Position numbers and translations under genes: made by a program
Shown here: piece after piece, positions 9,433-18,467 of the stretch
Numbering within the stretch: the stretch's first letter is position 1
How the letters are laid out: each line of letters begins with the position of its first letter
Source of the DNA: Vulcanimicrobiaceae bacterium
GTDB taxonomy: Bacteria > Vulcanimicrobiota > Vulcanimicrobiia > Vulcanimicrobiales > Vulcanimicrobiaceae
NCBI GenBank assembly: GCA_035502855.1
Contig: DATJTX010000039.1
Location: forward strand, 154,066-218,065
Direction: 5' to 3'
Length of the DNA stretch: 64,000 nucleotides
Notes under the pieces: model-generated
Told to the model about the DNA's origin: nothing
The model's input: the letters and a program-made list of their open reading frames with translations, nothing else
The model's database searches: none

Positions 9433-11018
9433 CTCCCCTTGCGTTGCTGCGGGAGTTCGAGCACGACGTCTTTGGCCGCCTTATCGGTGCGCAGTCCGAG
9501 AAACGCGGGCTGGCGCAGAAGCAAATCGCGCGTCCATTCTGCGAAGCGCACCTCGGCTACGAGCTGCGGCTTGACGTAGTGTGCCGGCGAGTTGGCTATT
9601 ACGGGGTTGACGAACGGTGATTTCTCGCGCGCGAGCGGCTTGAGCTTTTTCATGATGTCCTCGATACGTTTGACCGAAAAGCCGGTGCCGACGTTCCCGA
9701 TGAAACGCAGATCCTCACCATCGTATGCGCCGAGCAGCAGCGAGCCGAAGCCTTTGCGGCTGCCCCGCGGGTCCGTCCAGCCGCCGATCACGAATTCTTG
9801 CTCGAGCTGCGCCTTGATCTTCACCCAATCGCGCGTGCGCCGTCCCACATAGGGCGACGCCCGCTTCTTTCCCATGATGCCTTCGAGATGCCGGCGCTTC
9901 GCCTGGGTGAAGAGCGCCTTGCCTTTGCCGACGACGTGCTTGGAATACAGCACCAGTTCGTCATCGCCGATCAGGCGCTCGAGCAGCGCCTTGCGCTCTT
10001 CGAGCGGCGTCTTGCGCTGATCGCGCCCGTCGGCGTAGAGTACGTCGAAGGCCGCATAGCTGAGCGCGTAGTCCTTCTGGCCGTATTCCTGCAAGCGTTG
10101 AAAGTCGGACTTGCCCTTCGAGTCGACGCTCACGATCTCGCCGTCGACGATGATCGGCACGCTTTCGAACGCGTCCGCTAAACCGGCGAGCGGAGGAAAC
10201 TGCTTGAGCAGGTCGAGCCCGTTGCGTGAGACGAGCGTCAATTTTCCCTTCGCGTCGATCGTGCAGATCGCGCGATAGCCGTCCCACTTGATTTCGAAGA
10301 GCCAATCGTCGTCATCGAACGGACCGTCGATCAGCGTCGCAAGTTCGACGCCTTTGATCGTTGGAAGCGGATCGGCTTTGGCCGAAGCGCGAGCACGCCG
10401 CTTCGGCGGCGGATCCTTCGGACGGGACTGCCACGTTTTCGGATTGCTCTCTTTCTGAATGTCCGCGATCGTCTTGCCCGACTTGGCCGAATCGGGGTAA
10501 TCGTCGATGTCGTAACTCTTGCGGTCGTACTCGTCGTGATCTTTGATCAGGAGCCACGGCTCGCCGTGTTCGCCCTCGCGCGGCTTCATCTTCACGAGCG
10601 TGAACATCCCTTGCAACTTCTTGCCGTGCAGGATGAACTTGATCTTGCCGTTCGCGATTTCTTTGACGGGGTCGGTTCCCTCCGCCAGTTGGTACCAGCC
10701 CTCGTCCCACACGATCACTTCGCCCGCGCCGTACTGCCCTTTGGGGATGACACCTTCGAAGGTGCGGTAGTCGAGCGGGTGATCCTCGACGTGCATGGCA
10801 AGGCGCCGCTCGCCGGGCACCAGTGTCGGCCCCTTGGGCACCGCCCACGAGGGCATCGCTCCACCCGCCTCGAGGCGGAAATCGTAGTGCAAGCGCGTCG
10901 CGCGATGCTTTTGGATGACGAAGCGCAGGCGCTTTCCGCCCCGCGCCAGCTTGCCGCTAGGCTCGGGCGTCGCCGTAAAGTCGCGTTTCTTGTTGTAGGT
11001 TTCGAGCCCGCGCGCCAT
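9429..11018 (-). CDS. ligD: LigD 3'-phosphoesterase + ATP-dependent DNA ligase domains
   Basis: The N-terminal TYNKKRDFTATPEPSG...RFVIQKHRATRLHYDFRLE is the PE domain. The ligase adenylation motif is EIKWDGYRA. The start was chosen at the ATG at 11018, though the ORF is open to 11072. Confidence 0.9.
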   Translation of the reverse strand: MARGLETYNKKRDFTATPEPSGKLARGGKRLRFVIQKHRATRLHYDFRLEAGGAMPSWAVPKGPTLVPGERRLAMHVEDHPLDYRTFEGVIPKGQYGAGEVIVWDEGWYQLAEGTDPVKEIANGKIKFILHGKKLQGMFTLVKMKPREGEHGEPWLLIKDHDEYDRKSYDIDDYPDSAKSGKTIADIQKESNPKTWQSRPKDPPPKRRARASAKADPLPTIKGVELATLIDGPFDDDDWLFEIKWDGYRAICTIDAKGKLTLVSRNGLDLLKQFPPLAGLADAFESVPIIVDGEIVSVDSKGKSDFQRLQEYGQKDYALSYAAFDVLYADGRDQRKTPLEERKALLERLIGDDELVLYSKHVVGKGKALFTQAKRRHLEGIMGKKRASPYVGRRTRDWVKIKAQLEQEFVIGGWTDPRGSRKGFGSLLLGAYDGEDLRFIGNVGTGFSVKRIEDIMKKLKPLAREKSPFVNPVIANSPAHYVKPQLVAEVRFAEWTRDLLLRQPAFLGLRTDKAAKDVVLELPQQRKGS

Positions 11019-11125
11019 CGGTACGTTCCTACCGGGGGAAGCCCAGCGCATGCGTGGCAACGGCAAGCGCAATCGCCGCGATGACGATCGCGGCCAGGCC
11101 GATTGCGGCAGCGGGGCGTCGAATC

Positions 11126-11422
11126 ATGAAGCCCATGGTCTGGGATCTAGCGGGGGCGGTTGCATCGATACTCCTTGGGCTCGCGGCGCTCTGCCGCAGC
11201 CGCAGCACCGGCGGATTCTACGACCGCGACGTCTACGCGATGACTCCGGCCGTTCATCGCCGTTATTCGTTCGGGGCCGCGGCCTTCGCCCTCGCGTTTT
11301 TCGCCGTCGCCGGGTGGGCGCCTCGCAGCGGCGCAACGATCTGGCTCTTTGCCGCGTTCGTGCTATTTGCCGTGTTTTACCTCACTTCGTTTTTGCGCGG
11401 AGCCTCGGACGATGATCACTGA
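11126..11422 (+). CDS. hypothetical small membrane protein
   Basis: Three hydrophobic segments are visible (VWDLAGAVASILLGLAALC, FGAAAFALAFFAVAGW, IWLFAAFVLFAVFYL). The start at ATG 11126 is a guess, since the ORF opens at 11054. Confidence 0.45.
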   Translation: MKPMVWDLAGAVASILLGLAALCRSRSTGGFYDRDVYAMTPAVHRRYSFGAAAFALAFFAVAGWAPRSGATIWLFAAFVLFAVFYLTSFLRGASDDDH

Positions 11423-13127
11423 TTTTCATTTCTCGCCGCGCCCCAACCGTGCCGGCGAGATTGCGTGGCAGCCGTGGGGCGAAGATGCATTCGCGCGGGC
11501 GCAGCGCGAAGACAAGCCGATCCTGCTCTCGATCTCCGCGGTATGGTGCCACTGGTGCCACGTCATGGACGAAACGAGCTATTCGGACGGCGGCGTGATC
11601 GAGCGGATCAACGCGCACTACGTGCCGGTTCGCGTCGACAACGACGAACGCCCCGACGTCAACGCGCGCTATAACATGGGCGGCTGGCCGACGACGGCGT
11701 TTCTCACGCCCGACGGCACGGTGCTTTCCGGCGCAACGTACCTGCCGCCCGAAAACATGCAGCGCGCGCTCGACGAGATCGCCTCGTTCTACGCGCAGCG
11801 CAAGAACGACATCGTGGAGAAATCGCGCGAGATCCGTTCGCGGCGAACCGTGTACGACGTGGCGCCGCCGGACGTGTTGACGCGCGCGCTGGTCGATGAA
11901 TTCGCCACCGCGTTGCTCGAGGGCTACGACGAGGAGTTCGGCGGTTTCAACGAAGCGCCGAAGTTTCCGCAGCCCGAGGTGCACGAGTTCTTGCTCGCGT
12001 ACTGGCGTCGCTCGAACGACGCACGTATCTACGAACTCGTCGCGCATACGATGCGCGCGATGGCGCACGGCGGGATGTACGACGCCGTCGAGGGCGGCTT
12101 CTTCCGCTATTCCACCACCCGCGACTGGACGATCCCGCACTTCGAAAAGATGGCCGAGGATCACGCCGGCCTGCTGCGCGTGCTGGCGCAGCTCCAGCTG
12201 TGGGCACCGGGCGAACTGGTTCGCGACGATCTGGTCAAGACGATCGGTTACGTGCGCACGGTCCTGCGCGATCCGCAGACCGGTTTCTTCGCCGGCAGTC
12301 AAGATGCGGATGAAGCGTACTACGCCCTGCCGCTCGAGGAACGCCGCGCGCGCACGGCTCCGTTCGTCGACCGCCGATCGTATTCGAATTGGACGGCGGC
12401 GCTTGCCGGCGCATTCGCTTGGGCCGGCTTGGCGCTGGAAGATCGTACGCTCGTCGACGAAGCCCTCGCGACACTCGATGCGATGCACGAGCGCCTGCGC
12501 GACGAGGACGGGTTACTCTTTCACGTTGCCGCTCCCGGCGAGGCGCCGCGTATTCGCGGCCTGCTTGGCGATCAAGTCGCGTATATCCGCGCGCTGCTCG
12601 ACGCCTATGAGATCAGCAGCGAGCCGCGAATGCTCGAGCGCGCGCGCACGCACGCCGATGCAGCGATCGCGGCCTTCGGCGCGCCGGACGGCGGATTTTA
12701 CGATCGGTCGAATCGCGACGCGCTCGCGTTGCTCGAACTTCCCGATCGGCCGATCGTCGATAACGGCGTCATGGCCGAGAATCTCCTCCGCCTTGCTTCG
12801 CTGCTGCACGAGGATCGCTATCGCGGGCTCGCGCAGCGCACGCTGCTGCTCTACGCGAATACGTTTGCGCGGGCACTGACCTTTTCGGCCGCCTACGTGC
12901 GCGCGCTCGCGCGGTACCTCGCGCCCGAGGTCGCGGTGCGAGTCACCGGCGAGCTCGCCGCCGCCGCCGCCCTTCGCCGTGCGGCCCGGCAGTTGCCCTC
13001 GCCCTTCGTCACCGTGACCAGCGAGCCGGGCAGCAGCGTCGCGGCCTATCTGTGCGTCGGGACCACCTGTACCGCGCCCTTGACGCGCCCGGCCGAGCTG
13101 GTCGACGCGTACGCGGAGTTCACCTGA
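11412..13127 (+). CDS. thioredoxin-domain protein, YyaL/DUF255 family
   Basis: MITDFHFSPRPNR...DKPILLSISAVWCHWCHVMDE carries a thioredoxin-like CxxC. A long alpha/alpha-toroid-like C-terminal region follows. The start was trimmed to ATG 11412. Confidence 0.85.
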   Translation: MITDFHFSPRPNRAGEIAWQPWGEDAFARAQREDKPILLSISAVWCHWCHVMDETSYSDGGVIERINAHYVPVRVDNDERPDVNARYNMGGWPTTAFLTPDGTVLSGATYLPPENMQRALDEIASFYAQRKNDIVEKSREIRSRRTVYDVAPPDVLTRALVDEFATALLEGYDEEFGGFNEAPKFPQPEVHEFLLAYWRRSNDARIYELVAHTMRAMAHGGMYDAVEGGFFRYSTTRDWTIPHFEKMAEDHAGLLRVLAQLQLWAPGELVRDDLVKTIGYVRTVLRDPQTGFFAGSQDADEAYYALPLEERRARTAPFVDRRSYSNWTAALAGAFAWAGLALEDRTLVDEALATLDAMHERLRDEDGLLFHVAAPGEAPRIRGLLGDQVAYIRALLDAYEISSEPRMLERARTHADAAIAAFGAPDGGFYDRSNRDALALLELPDRPIVDNGVMAENLLRLASLLHEDRYRGLAQRTLLLYANTFARALTFSAAYVRALARYLAPEVAVRVTGELAAAAALRRAARQLPSPFVTVTSEPGSSVAAYLCVGTTCTAPLTRPAELVDAYAEFT

Positions 13128-13173
13128 AACATCCGCCCCGGCCCGGCGTAGAACGGAGTGGAGGAGCACCACC

Positions 13174-13581
13174 ATGACGCCGTATGCCCACATGCTGCTC
13201 GCCTACGTCCGTCCCGAGGCGCAGGGCGCCTACGCCTACGAGTACGACCGCTACGCCAAGGATTCGGCGATCGCCGTGACCCTGACCGTCTTTCTCGGCA
13301 TCATCGGCGGTGAATCGTATTACTTCGGCGATTGGAAGCGCGGCATTTTCATGACGATCGCGCTCTTCAGCGGGATCGGCCTTTTCATTAGTGTGCCGAT
13401 GTGGATCGCGCGCTGCTTCACGATCCAAGGCGAGTGCGAAAGCTACAACGATTACCTCGCGTGGCTGCTCGCGCTTCGTTACATGCCGCAGGGCAACGCG
13501 GTGCAGCCGCCGGAACCGACCGCGCCGCCGTCCGGCAAACGCCCGACGATCGGCGGACTACCGATGGTCGCTCGCGGCTAG
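13174..13581 (+). CDS. TM2-domain-like membrane protein
   Basis: AIAVTLTVFLGIIGGESYYFGDWKRGIFMTIALFSGIGLFISVPMW resembles the TM2 two-helix motif. A GGAGGA RBS precedes the ATG. Confidence 0.6.
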   Translation: MTPYAHMLLAYVRPEAQGAYAYEYDRYAKDSAIAVTLTVFLGIIGGESYYFGDWKRGIFMTIALFSGIGLFISVPMWIARCFTIQGECESYNDYLAWLLALRYMPQGNAVQPPEPTAPPSGKRPTIGGLPMVARG

Positions 13582-13985
13582 GTTTTGCGGCGAACGCAAT
13601 CGAGATCCCATTCTTCACTCTTCGGCACCGGGCGAATCACGCCAATCCAACGCTTATTCCGCTGAATGGCGGCGGTTACCACAAGCTCCCCAACTCGAAA
13701 CGTATATCCGCGGGCGTTCCGTACACGTACATCCATCGGCAATCCGCGCCCCTTGCCGAAGCCGCATACGCTTGTCAAAACGTGAAGTATCGTAACGCCG
13801 TCTTGCTCTCGAACGCTGAGGACGCGCGCGACGTCCTCCGGGACGGCAGCAAATTTTCCTTCAAACTGTACGTCAACAGTCGGGACCGCTCCTGAAGCAC
13901 CAGCAGCCTTGGCCAACGCGCTTACTGCAAAGAAAGGAGCAAATCCGACCAGGGCCGCTAATACGTAGGCACGGTTAGTTCCCAC
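13578..13985 (-). CDS. hypothetical exported protein, cassette member B2
   Basis: It has a signal-like AYVLAALVGFAPFFAVSALA and shares FAAVPEDVARV...GVTILHV with B1. The probable GTG start at 13985 is inferred, and the ORF is open to 14048. The region is AT-richer than its flanks. Confidence 0.55.
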   Translation of the reverse strand: MGTNRAYVLAALVGFAPFFAVSALAKAAGASGAVPTVDVQFEGKFAAVPEDVARVLSVREQDGVTILHVLTSVCGFGKGRGLPMDVRVRNARGYTFRVGELVVTAAIQRNKRWIGVIRPVPKSEEWDLDCVRRKT

Positions 13986-14199
13986 CGGCCTGCGATTCCG
14001 CGAATGTTTCAAGTCCTTGCGCCATGGCAGTCGGCGTCGTAGGCACACGAAGGAGTATGGACTCCATCACGATCTGGCCGCCCCCCTCCTCGATTTCCTG
14101 CCACGTTCCGTTGCTGTTCACCAGGAGCGCGGTAACGTCAGCATTTGTATTCGTAAATCCAACAATCGCGTATGATCCGGCAACCGCAATTTCGTTCAT
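13975..14199 (-). CDS. hypothetical protein, cassette member A2
   Basis: 74 aa from the ATG at 14199, which forms an ATGA overlap with the B1 stop. It aligns by eye with the C-terminal domain of A1. No signal peptide is visible. Confidence 0.5.
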   Translation of the reverse strand: MNEIAVAGSYAIVGFTNTNADVTALLVNSNGTWQEIEEGGGQIVMESILLRVPTTPTAMAQGLETFAESQAGGN

Positions 14200-14585
14200 A
14201 AGCACCCCAGCTGGACCTCTTCTTTTTTGTCTAAAATGCGGACAGCCGCCACACGCCTTCCTCCGCGGGTTGCGACGCCGAGACCGGCGTACTCGCCGGG
14301 CCTGATCTTAAATGGGGCGCCGCTCACGGTTATCGACAATATAGGTGGTCCCTCGGGGTGAAAGCAGCGCGCCGCCCGAACCAGGATCGTGACGTCCCCC
14401 GGTCCTTCACCCGGCATAACTGTGGTCACTTGAACCACGTCCTCGGGAACCACAGTGAATGGACTACCGATATACACCATTCGTGAATGTGGCAATTTGC
14501 TCGCCGCGTAACACGTCCCCGTGAATATTACCGTCGAAGCTGAAATTGCTACGGCAAGCGGTAATACAGCACCCTTTGGCAGCAC
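14196..14585 (-). CDS. hypothetical exported protein, cassette member B1
   Basis: 129 aa with signal peptide MLPKGAVLPLAVAISASTVIFTGTCYA. FTVVPEDVVQV...DVTILVR is paralogous to B2. Confidence 0.55.
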   Translation of the reverse strand: MLPKGAVLPLAVAISASTVIFTGTCYAASKLPHSRMVYIGSPFTVVPEDVVQVTTVMPGEGPGDVTILVRAARCFHPEGPPILSITVSGAPFKIRPGEYAGLGVATRGGRRVAAVRILDKKEEVQLGCL

Positions 14586-14590
14586 GGAAT

Positions 14591-15082
14591 TTAGAGCTCG
14601 TTAAGCGATGCTTGGGCCGCCAACGCTTGTGCAATTGGAAGTGAGATTGACGGAACACGCGAGGTGATATCGCCTGGCGCATATCCACCGAAAACCGCAT
14701 CGATCTGGACCCACGATCCCGAAGTGTTAGTCGCCAGAATTGCTCCGCCGATACTGCCATTCATCCAGCACGCCTCCGCAAAATTACCGACGATTGCAAT
14801 ACTCGTAACAGTGGCCGACGGTCGGTTGATAAGTGCCGTTAGCTCGGATATATCCGAGGCTGTTGGCGTCGTTGCCGCTGGGGCGGTTGCTGTTGGCGCC
14901 GGAACGGGGGTTGCGGTGGGGGCAGGGGTTGGCGTATTCACTGGAGCGCACGCGGGAGTCACGACCGACTTGAGACCTAATGGGCAGGCAGCGAGAGCCC
15001 TCGTCGACGTTCCGCCGGCCAAGAGCACCAGGATGCACACCATAAGGACGCCCGCCGAAGCTATGATGAGCGCGTTTTTCAT
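14591..15082 (-). CDS. hypothetical membrane-anchored/exported protein, cassette member A1
   Basis: 163 aa. It has an N-terminal hydrophobic anchor, a Pro/Thr/Ala-rich linker (NTPTPAPTATPVPAPTATAPAATTPTA), and a C-terminal ~75-aa domain paralogous to A2. Confidence 0.6.
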   Translation of the reverse strand: MKNALIIASAGVLMVCILVLLAGGTSTRALAACPLGLKSVVTPACAPVNTPTPAPTATPVPAPTATAPAATTPTASDISELTALINRPSATVTSIAIVGNFAEACWMNGSIGGAILATNTSGSWVQIDAVFGGYAPGDITSRVPSISLPIAQALAAQASLNEL

Positions 15083-15198
15083 CTCAACTCATCATCCCCT
15101 AACGATGGTGCAAGAATAGCGATCCTGAACCGCTTGTCGCTCTCTCCTCACCCATGCGCGCGACTTCTACTAACGGTTTCTGCGCCCTTCGGCTCTCG

Positions 15199-16326
15199 CT
15201 ACGACGTTCGAACGAATACATTCCAGTACCACACGCCCCACAGTCCGACGACGATCGAATAGGCCATCAGCGCCATCGCCCAGCGCGGCAAGCGTTCTTT
15301 GGCCGCCAGAAACATCAGCGCGACAAGGAACGGTTCGAAATCGAGCGCATGGCGCATGCCGAACTGCGCGAAGCCGTTGACGTAGTAGAGAAAGTTCGGT
15401 CCGGCGCAGAGCAGCGTTGCGATCCAGAGGGGCGCGACCCACTGCACCGGTTTGCGCGCAAAGAGCGCGAACACGAGCGCCGGTGAGGTCCAGGTCAGCG
15501 CGACGCCGCTGATCGACGGAACCAGCCACGGGTAGCTTGCGATTCGCTGCGGCCCTTGCACGAAGAACGACCAGAGTTGGTAGGGAAAATACATCAACCG
15601 GAACGGCGAGCCGGTCGGACTTCCGGCTTGGTCCTGGTGATACCACGTGCCGTAACCGATGTCATACCACATGCCCCAGCGGGCGAGATTGTAGCCGACC
15701 CACAGCAGCGCGATCGGCACGAGCACGGCGCCGAACGAGCGCAACTGCATACGGTCACGCAGGAGATATGCATACACCGGCAGCGCGAGCACCAGATCGA
15801 AGCGCGAGAAGAGCGCACAACCCGCGTAGATCCCGACCAGCCATCCGCGCCGTTTCCCCGCGAGCTCGACCAACGCCAGCAGCGTAAACGCGACCGCGCA
15901 GACGTGCGCGATAAACCACACGTCGCCCAGCATCGCGCACCACAGCAGATCCGTGCCGGCCAGCAGGAACGCACAAATCCAGATGTTGGCCGTGCGCGGC
16001 ACGCCGAAGCGCTCGCCCAGTTCGTAGGCTGCGCCGACCGCGACCGCGCCGAGCGCGATCGCCAGCGCGGTTTGGTTGAAGGTTCCGAAGACCGCGACGA
16101 ACGGCAGCAGTAAAATCGCCGGCATCGGCCCTTCGATGATGAAGTATTGGCCGTGATAGGGCAGTGCGTCGATGTAGTTGCCGGGCCAATTGATCCAAGC
16201 GTGGCCGTGTAAGAACGCTTGCGCCAGCAAAACGTAGTTGTTGTAGGGCGAGGAGCGGCCGTGCGCGATCAGCGCGATGATCACCAGCCCGACCAAACCG
16301 GCGATGATCGACTGTTTGATCTTCAC
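15199..16326 (-). CDS. polytopic membrane protein, GT-C-type glycosyltransferase-like (ArnT/PMT-like)
   Basis: 375 aa with about 10 hydrophobic helices. The N-terminal loop and helix pattern resembles GT-C lipid-linked sugar transferases. The GTG start lies 3 nt after the upstream stop. Confidence 0.5.
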   Translation of the reverse strand: MKIKQSIIAGLVGLVIIALIAHGRSSPYNNYVLLAQAFLHGHAWINWPGNYIDALPYHGQYFIIEGPMPAILLLPFVAVFGTFNQTALAIALGAVAVGAAYELGERFGVPRTANIWICAFLLAGTDLLWCAMLGDVWFIAHVCAVAFTLLALVELAGKRRGWLVGIYAGCALFSRFDLVLALPVYAYLLRDRMQLRSFGAVLVPIALLWVGYNLARWGMWYDIGYGTWYHQDQAGSPTGSPFRLMYFPYQLWSFFVQGPQRIASYPWLVPSISGVALTWTSPALVFALFARKPVQWVAPLWIATLLCAGPNFLYYVNGFAQFGMRHALDFEPFLVALMFLAAKERLPRWAMALMAYSIVVGLWGVWYWNVFVRTS

Positions 16327-16329
16327 GGG

Positions 16330-17772
16330 TCAGCGATCGGCGACGACACGATAGAGCTCGACATGCGTCGGCATCCGTTCGAGATGAAATCCCGGAACGC
16401 TTCCTTCCGGCGTTCCGGCGACGTACACCGGACGCGCGGCATCCCACCGCGCCAGCACGTCGATCTCATCGCCGTACCACGCCGGCACGATCAGCCGCCG
16501 CGACGTCTCGTGCAGCACGTAGTCGTCGTAGGCGAGCGGTGGCGCGAGCACCCAGGTCGCGATGACGATCGCATCGGGCGGCGTCGCACGCAAGATCTCC
16601 GCCGCATCGTCAGCCGCCCGTGCATCATGCGGCTGGTCGAAGAAATGCGGCTGCGAGAGCAGCAGATAGACAACGGCGAGCGCCGCGAAAGCCTGGGCCG
16701 CGTGACGGGCGGATGGCGGCCGGAGCGCCGCTAGCGCGATGCCCGCGGCAACAGCGAAGAGCGCGAACGCGGGAAGGAGGTAGCGGTCGACGTCGGACTC
16801 GGCCCCCAAGCCGAAGGCGAAGATCGGACCGGGCAGCATCGTTGCGCAGGCGACGATCGCGCGCGTTAGGTCGCGTCGAAAGAGCACGATCAAACCGGCG
16901 AGCGCGAGTACGCAGCCGATCGGGGTGAGTTCGGAGACGGCGAACCCGAGAAAGTGAACGAAACCATCGGTGAACGTATCTGCCGTGTAGCCGAAGCGTA
17001 CGCCCTGCACGGCGACACCGGCGCCGGTGACCAGCGCCGTGAAGTTATCGACCAGCACCGGATCGCCGTAATTCCAGAATGCGCCGCCGGTGATGCCGAG
17101 CTGCGCGAGCGGATCGAGATGCTGAGCGTTCACGTACGCACTGCGCAGCGGCAGGTAGAAAAACCACACCGCGGCGCTGACGCACGCGATCGCGGCAGCA
17201 ACCCGATAGACGCGCGAAACGGTTACATGTGCGCGCGCGATGATCGCCGCAAGCAGGCCCGGGATCGTCCATGCGACGATCGGATGCACTGCTAGCCCAA
17301 GTCCAAGCGCGAGCGCGCACGCGTAGAGATCTCGTGCGCGGCCGCGGCGCAGCCAGCGCAGGAGAAAGCACAGCTCGGCCACGCAGGCGAGCGCGACGAG
17401 CGCGTGCGCTTCGGCCCGTGTCGCATGCGTCCAGACGTCCTCGCCGAACGCAAAGAGCAGTGCCGCCAATAGGCCGGCGATCGCGTTGCCGCTTTCATCG
17501 ACGACGACGCGCCACACGAGCCACGCGGTGGCTGCCAGCGCGAGCGCCGAGAGCGCGCTCATCCGGAACGCAACGCTCCCGATGGGGAAAGCGTGCGTGA
17601 AGGCCCAGCCGATCAGCGTGTAGAGCGGAAATCCGGGCGGATGCGCGATACCCAGGATGTACGGCACAGTATCCATCTCGCCGACGTCCCAATACATGAC
17701 GTCGTGATACGAGCTGACGAGATAGATCGCCAGCGGGACGGCGAACGCCAGTAGACCCGGAACGCGCCTCAA
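16330..17772 (-). CDS. DUF2723 (TMEM260-like) membrane protein, putative glycosyltransferase
   Basis: SSYHDVMYWDVGEMDTVPYILGIAHPPGFPLYTLIGW is the DUF2723 signature region, and the protein has many TM helices. The start is proposed at TTG 17772, which forms a TTGA overlap with the upstream stop. The ORF is open to 17925 and an ATG is also possible at 17859. Confidence 0.7.
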   Translation of the reverse strand: MRRVPGLLAFAVPLAIYLVSSYHDVMYWDVGEMDTVPYILGIAHPPGFPLYTLIGWAFTHAFPIGSVAFRMSALSALALAATAWLVWRVVVDESGNAIAGLLAALLFAFGEDVWTHATRAEAHALVALACVAELCFLLRWLRRGRARDLYACALALGLGLAVHPIVAWTIPGLLAAIIARAHVTVSRVYRVAAAIACVSAAVWFFYLPLRSAYVNAQHLDPLAQLGITGGAFWNYGDPVLVDNFTALVTGAGVAVQGVRFGYTADTFTDGFVHFLGFAVSELTPIGCVLALAGLIVLFRRDLTRAIVACATMLPGPIFAFGLGAESDVDRYLLPAFALFAVAAGIALAALRPPSARHAAQAFAALAVVYLLLSQPHFFDQPHDARAADDAAEILRATPPDAIVIATWVLAPPLAYDDYVLHETSRRLIVPAWYGDEIDVLARWDAARPVYVAGTPEGSVPGFHLERMPTHVELYRVVADR

Positions 17773-18467
17773 ATAGGGGGCAGCGTCGCGTGCGGTAATG
17801 GCCGCGGCGGCACGAAGGTCGAGGCGGGAAGCGCCGGTGGGAAGCGGTACGTGCCCCATACGATACGCTCGCGCGCATCCTTGCCGTCCACACGCGCCTG
17901 CACGCTCGCCAACATCGGCACCCAATATTTTCCCGCTTTGCCGTACAGCAGCTTGCCCTGACCCTGGGTGGTGCCCGAGCTCGTCGCGAAGTCGATCTCG
18001 CGCGGCAAATACGTGATACCGTCGATGACCAGGCCGGTCACAACGAAGCCGCCGGCGGCTGCGAGCGGTGCGACGTCGTAGCGGTAGTCGAGGTGCGACC
18101 CGTCGCGGACGGTGCGAAGGAACAGCATCGAATACGTGCTGCTGCGCGGCGCCAGGCGTGCGATCGCATAGCGGTCTTCGCGGCGGCTGAAGTTCACGAT
18201 CTTCGGTTTGAGCGGAATACCGTCGACCGTGATCGTTTCGTCGCGCACCTCGAGGCCGCTGCGATAGATGACGTGGCGCTGTTCGATGTCGGTTGGACCG
18301 AGCTGCGACACGCTGTAATCGAAGATCATCGTCTTGGGCAACTGCAGATCACCCATCGCCAGATCGTAGCGCTGCAGCACGAGCTGCGAATCCAAATTCA
18401 GCGGCACCGCACCGAGCAGCGCCAGCATCGCGATCGTCGCGGCGACCGTACTACGCCAGAACGGCAT
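17769..18467 (-). CDS. hypothetical exported protein (beta-rich; LolA-like fold is only a guess)
   Basis: 232 aa with signal peptide MPFWRSTVAATIAMLALLGA. Its start overlaps the alaS 3' end by 17 nt. Confidence 0.55.
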   Translation of the reverse strand: MPFWRSTVAATIAMLALLGAVPLNLDSQLVLQRYDLAMGDLQLPKTMIFDYSVSQLGPTDIEQRHVIYRSGLEVRDETITVDGIPLKPKIVNFSRREDRYAIARLAPRSSTYSMLFLRTVRDGSHLDYRYDVAPLAAAGGFVVTGLVIDGITYLPREIDFATSSGTTQGQGKLLYGKAGKYWVPMLASVQARVDGKDARERIVWGTYRFPPALPASTFVPPRPLPHATLPPI

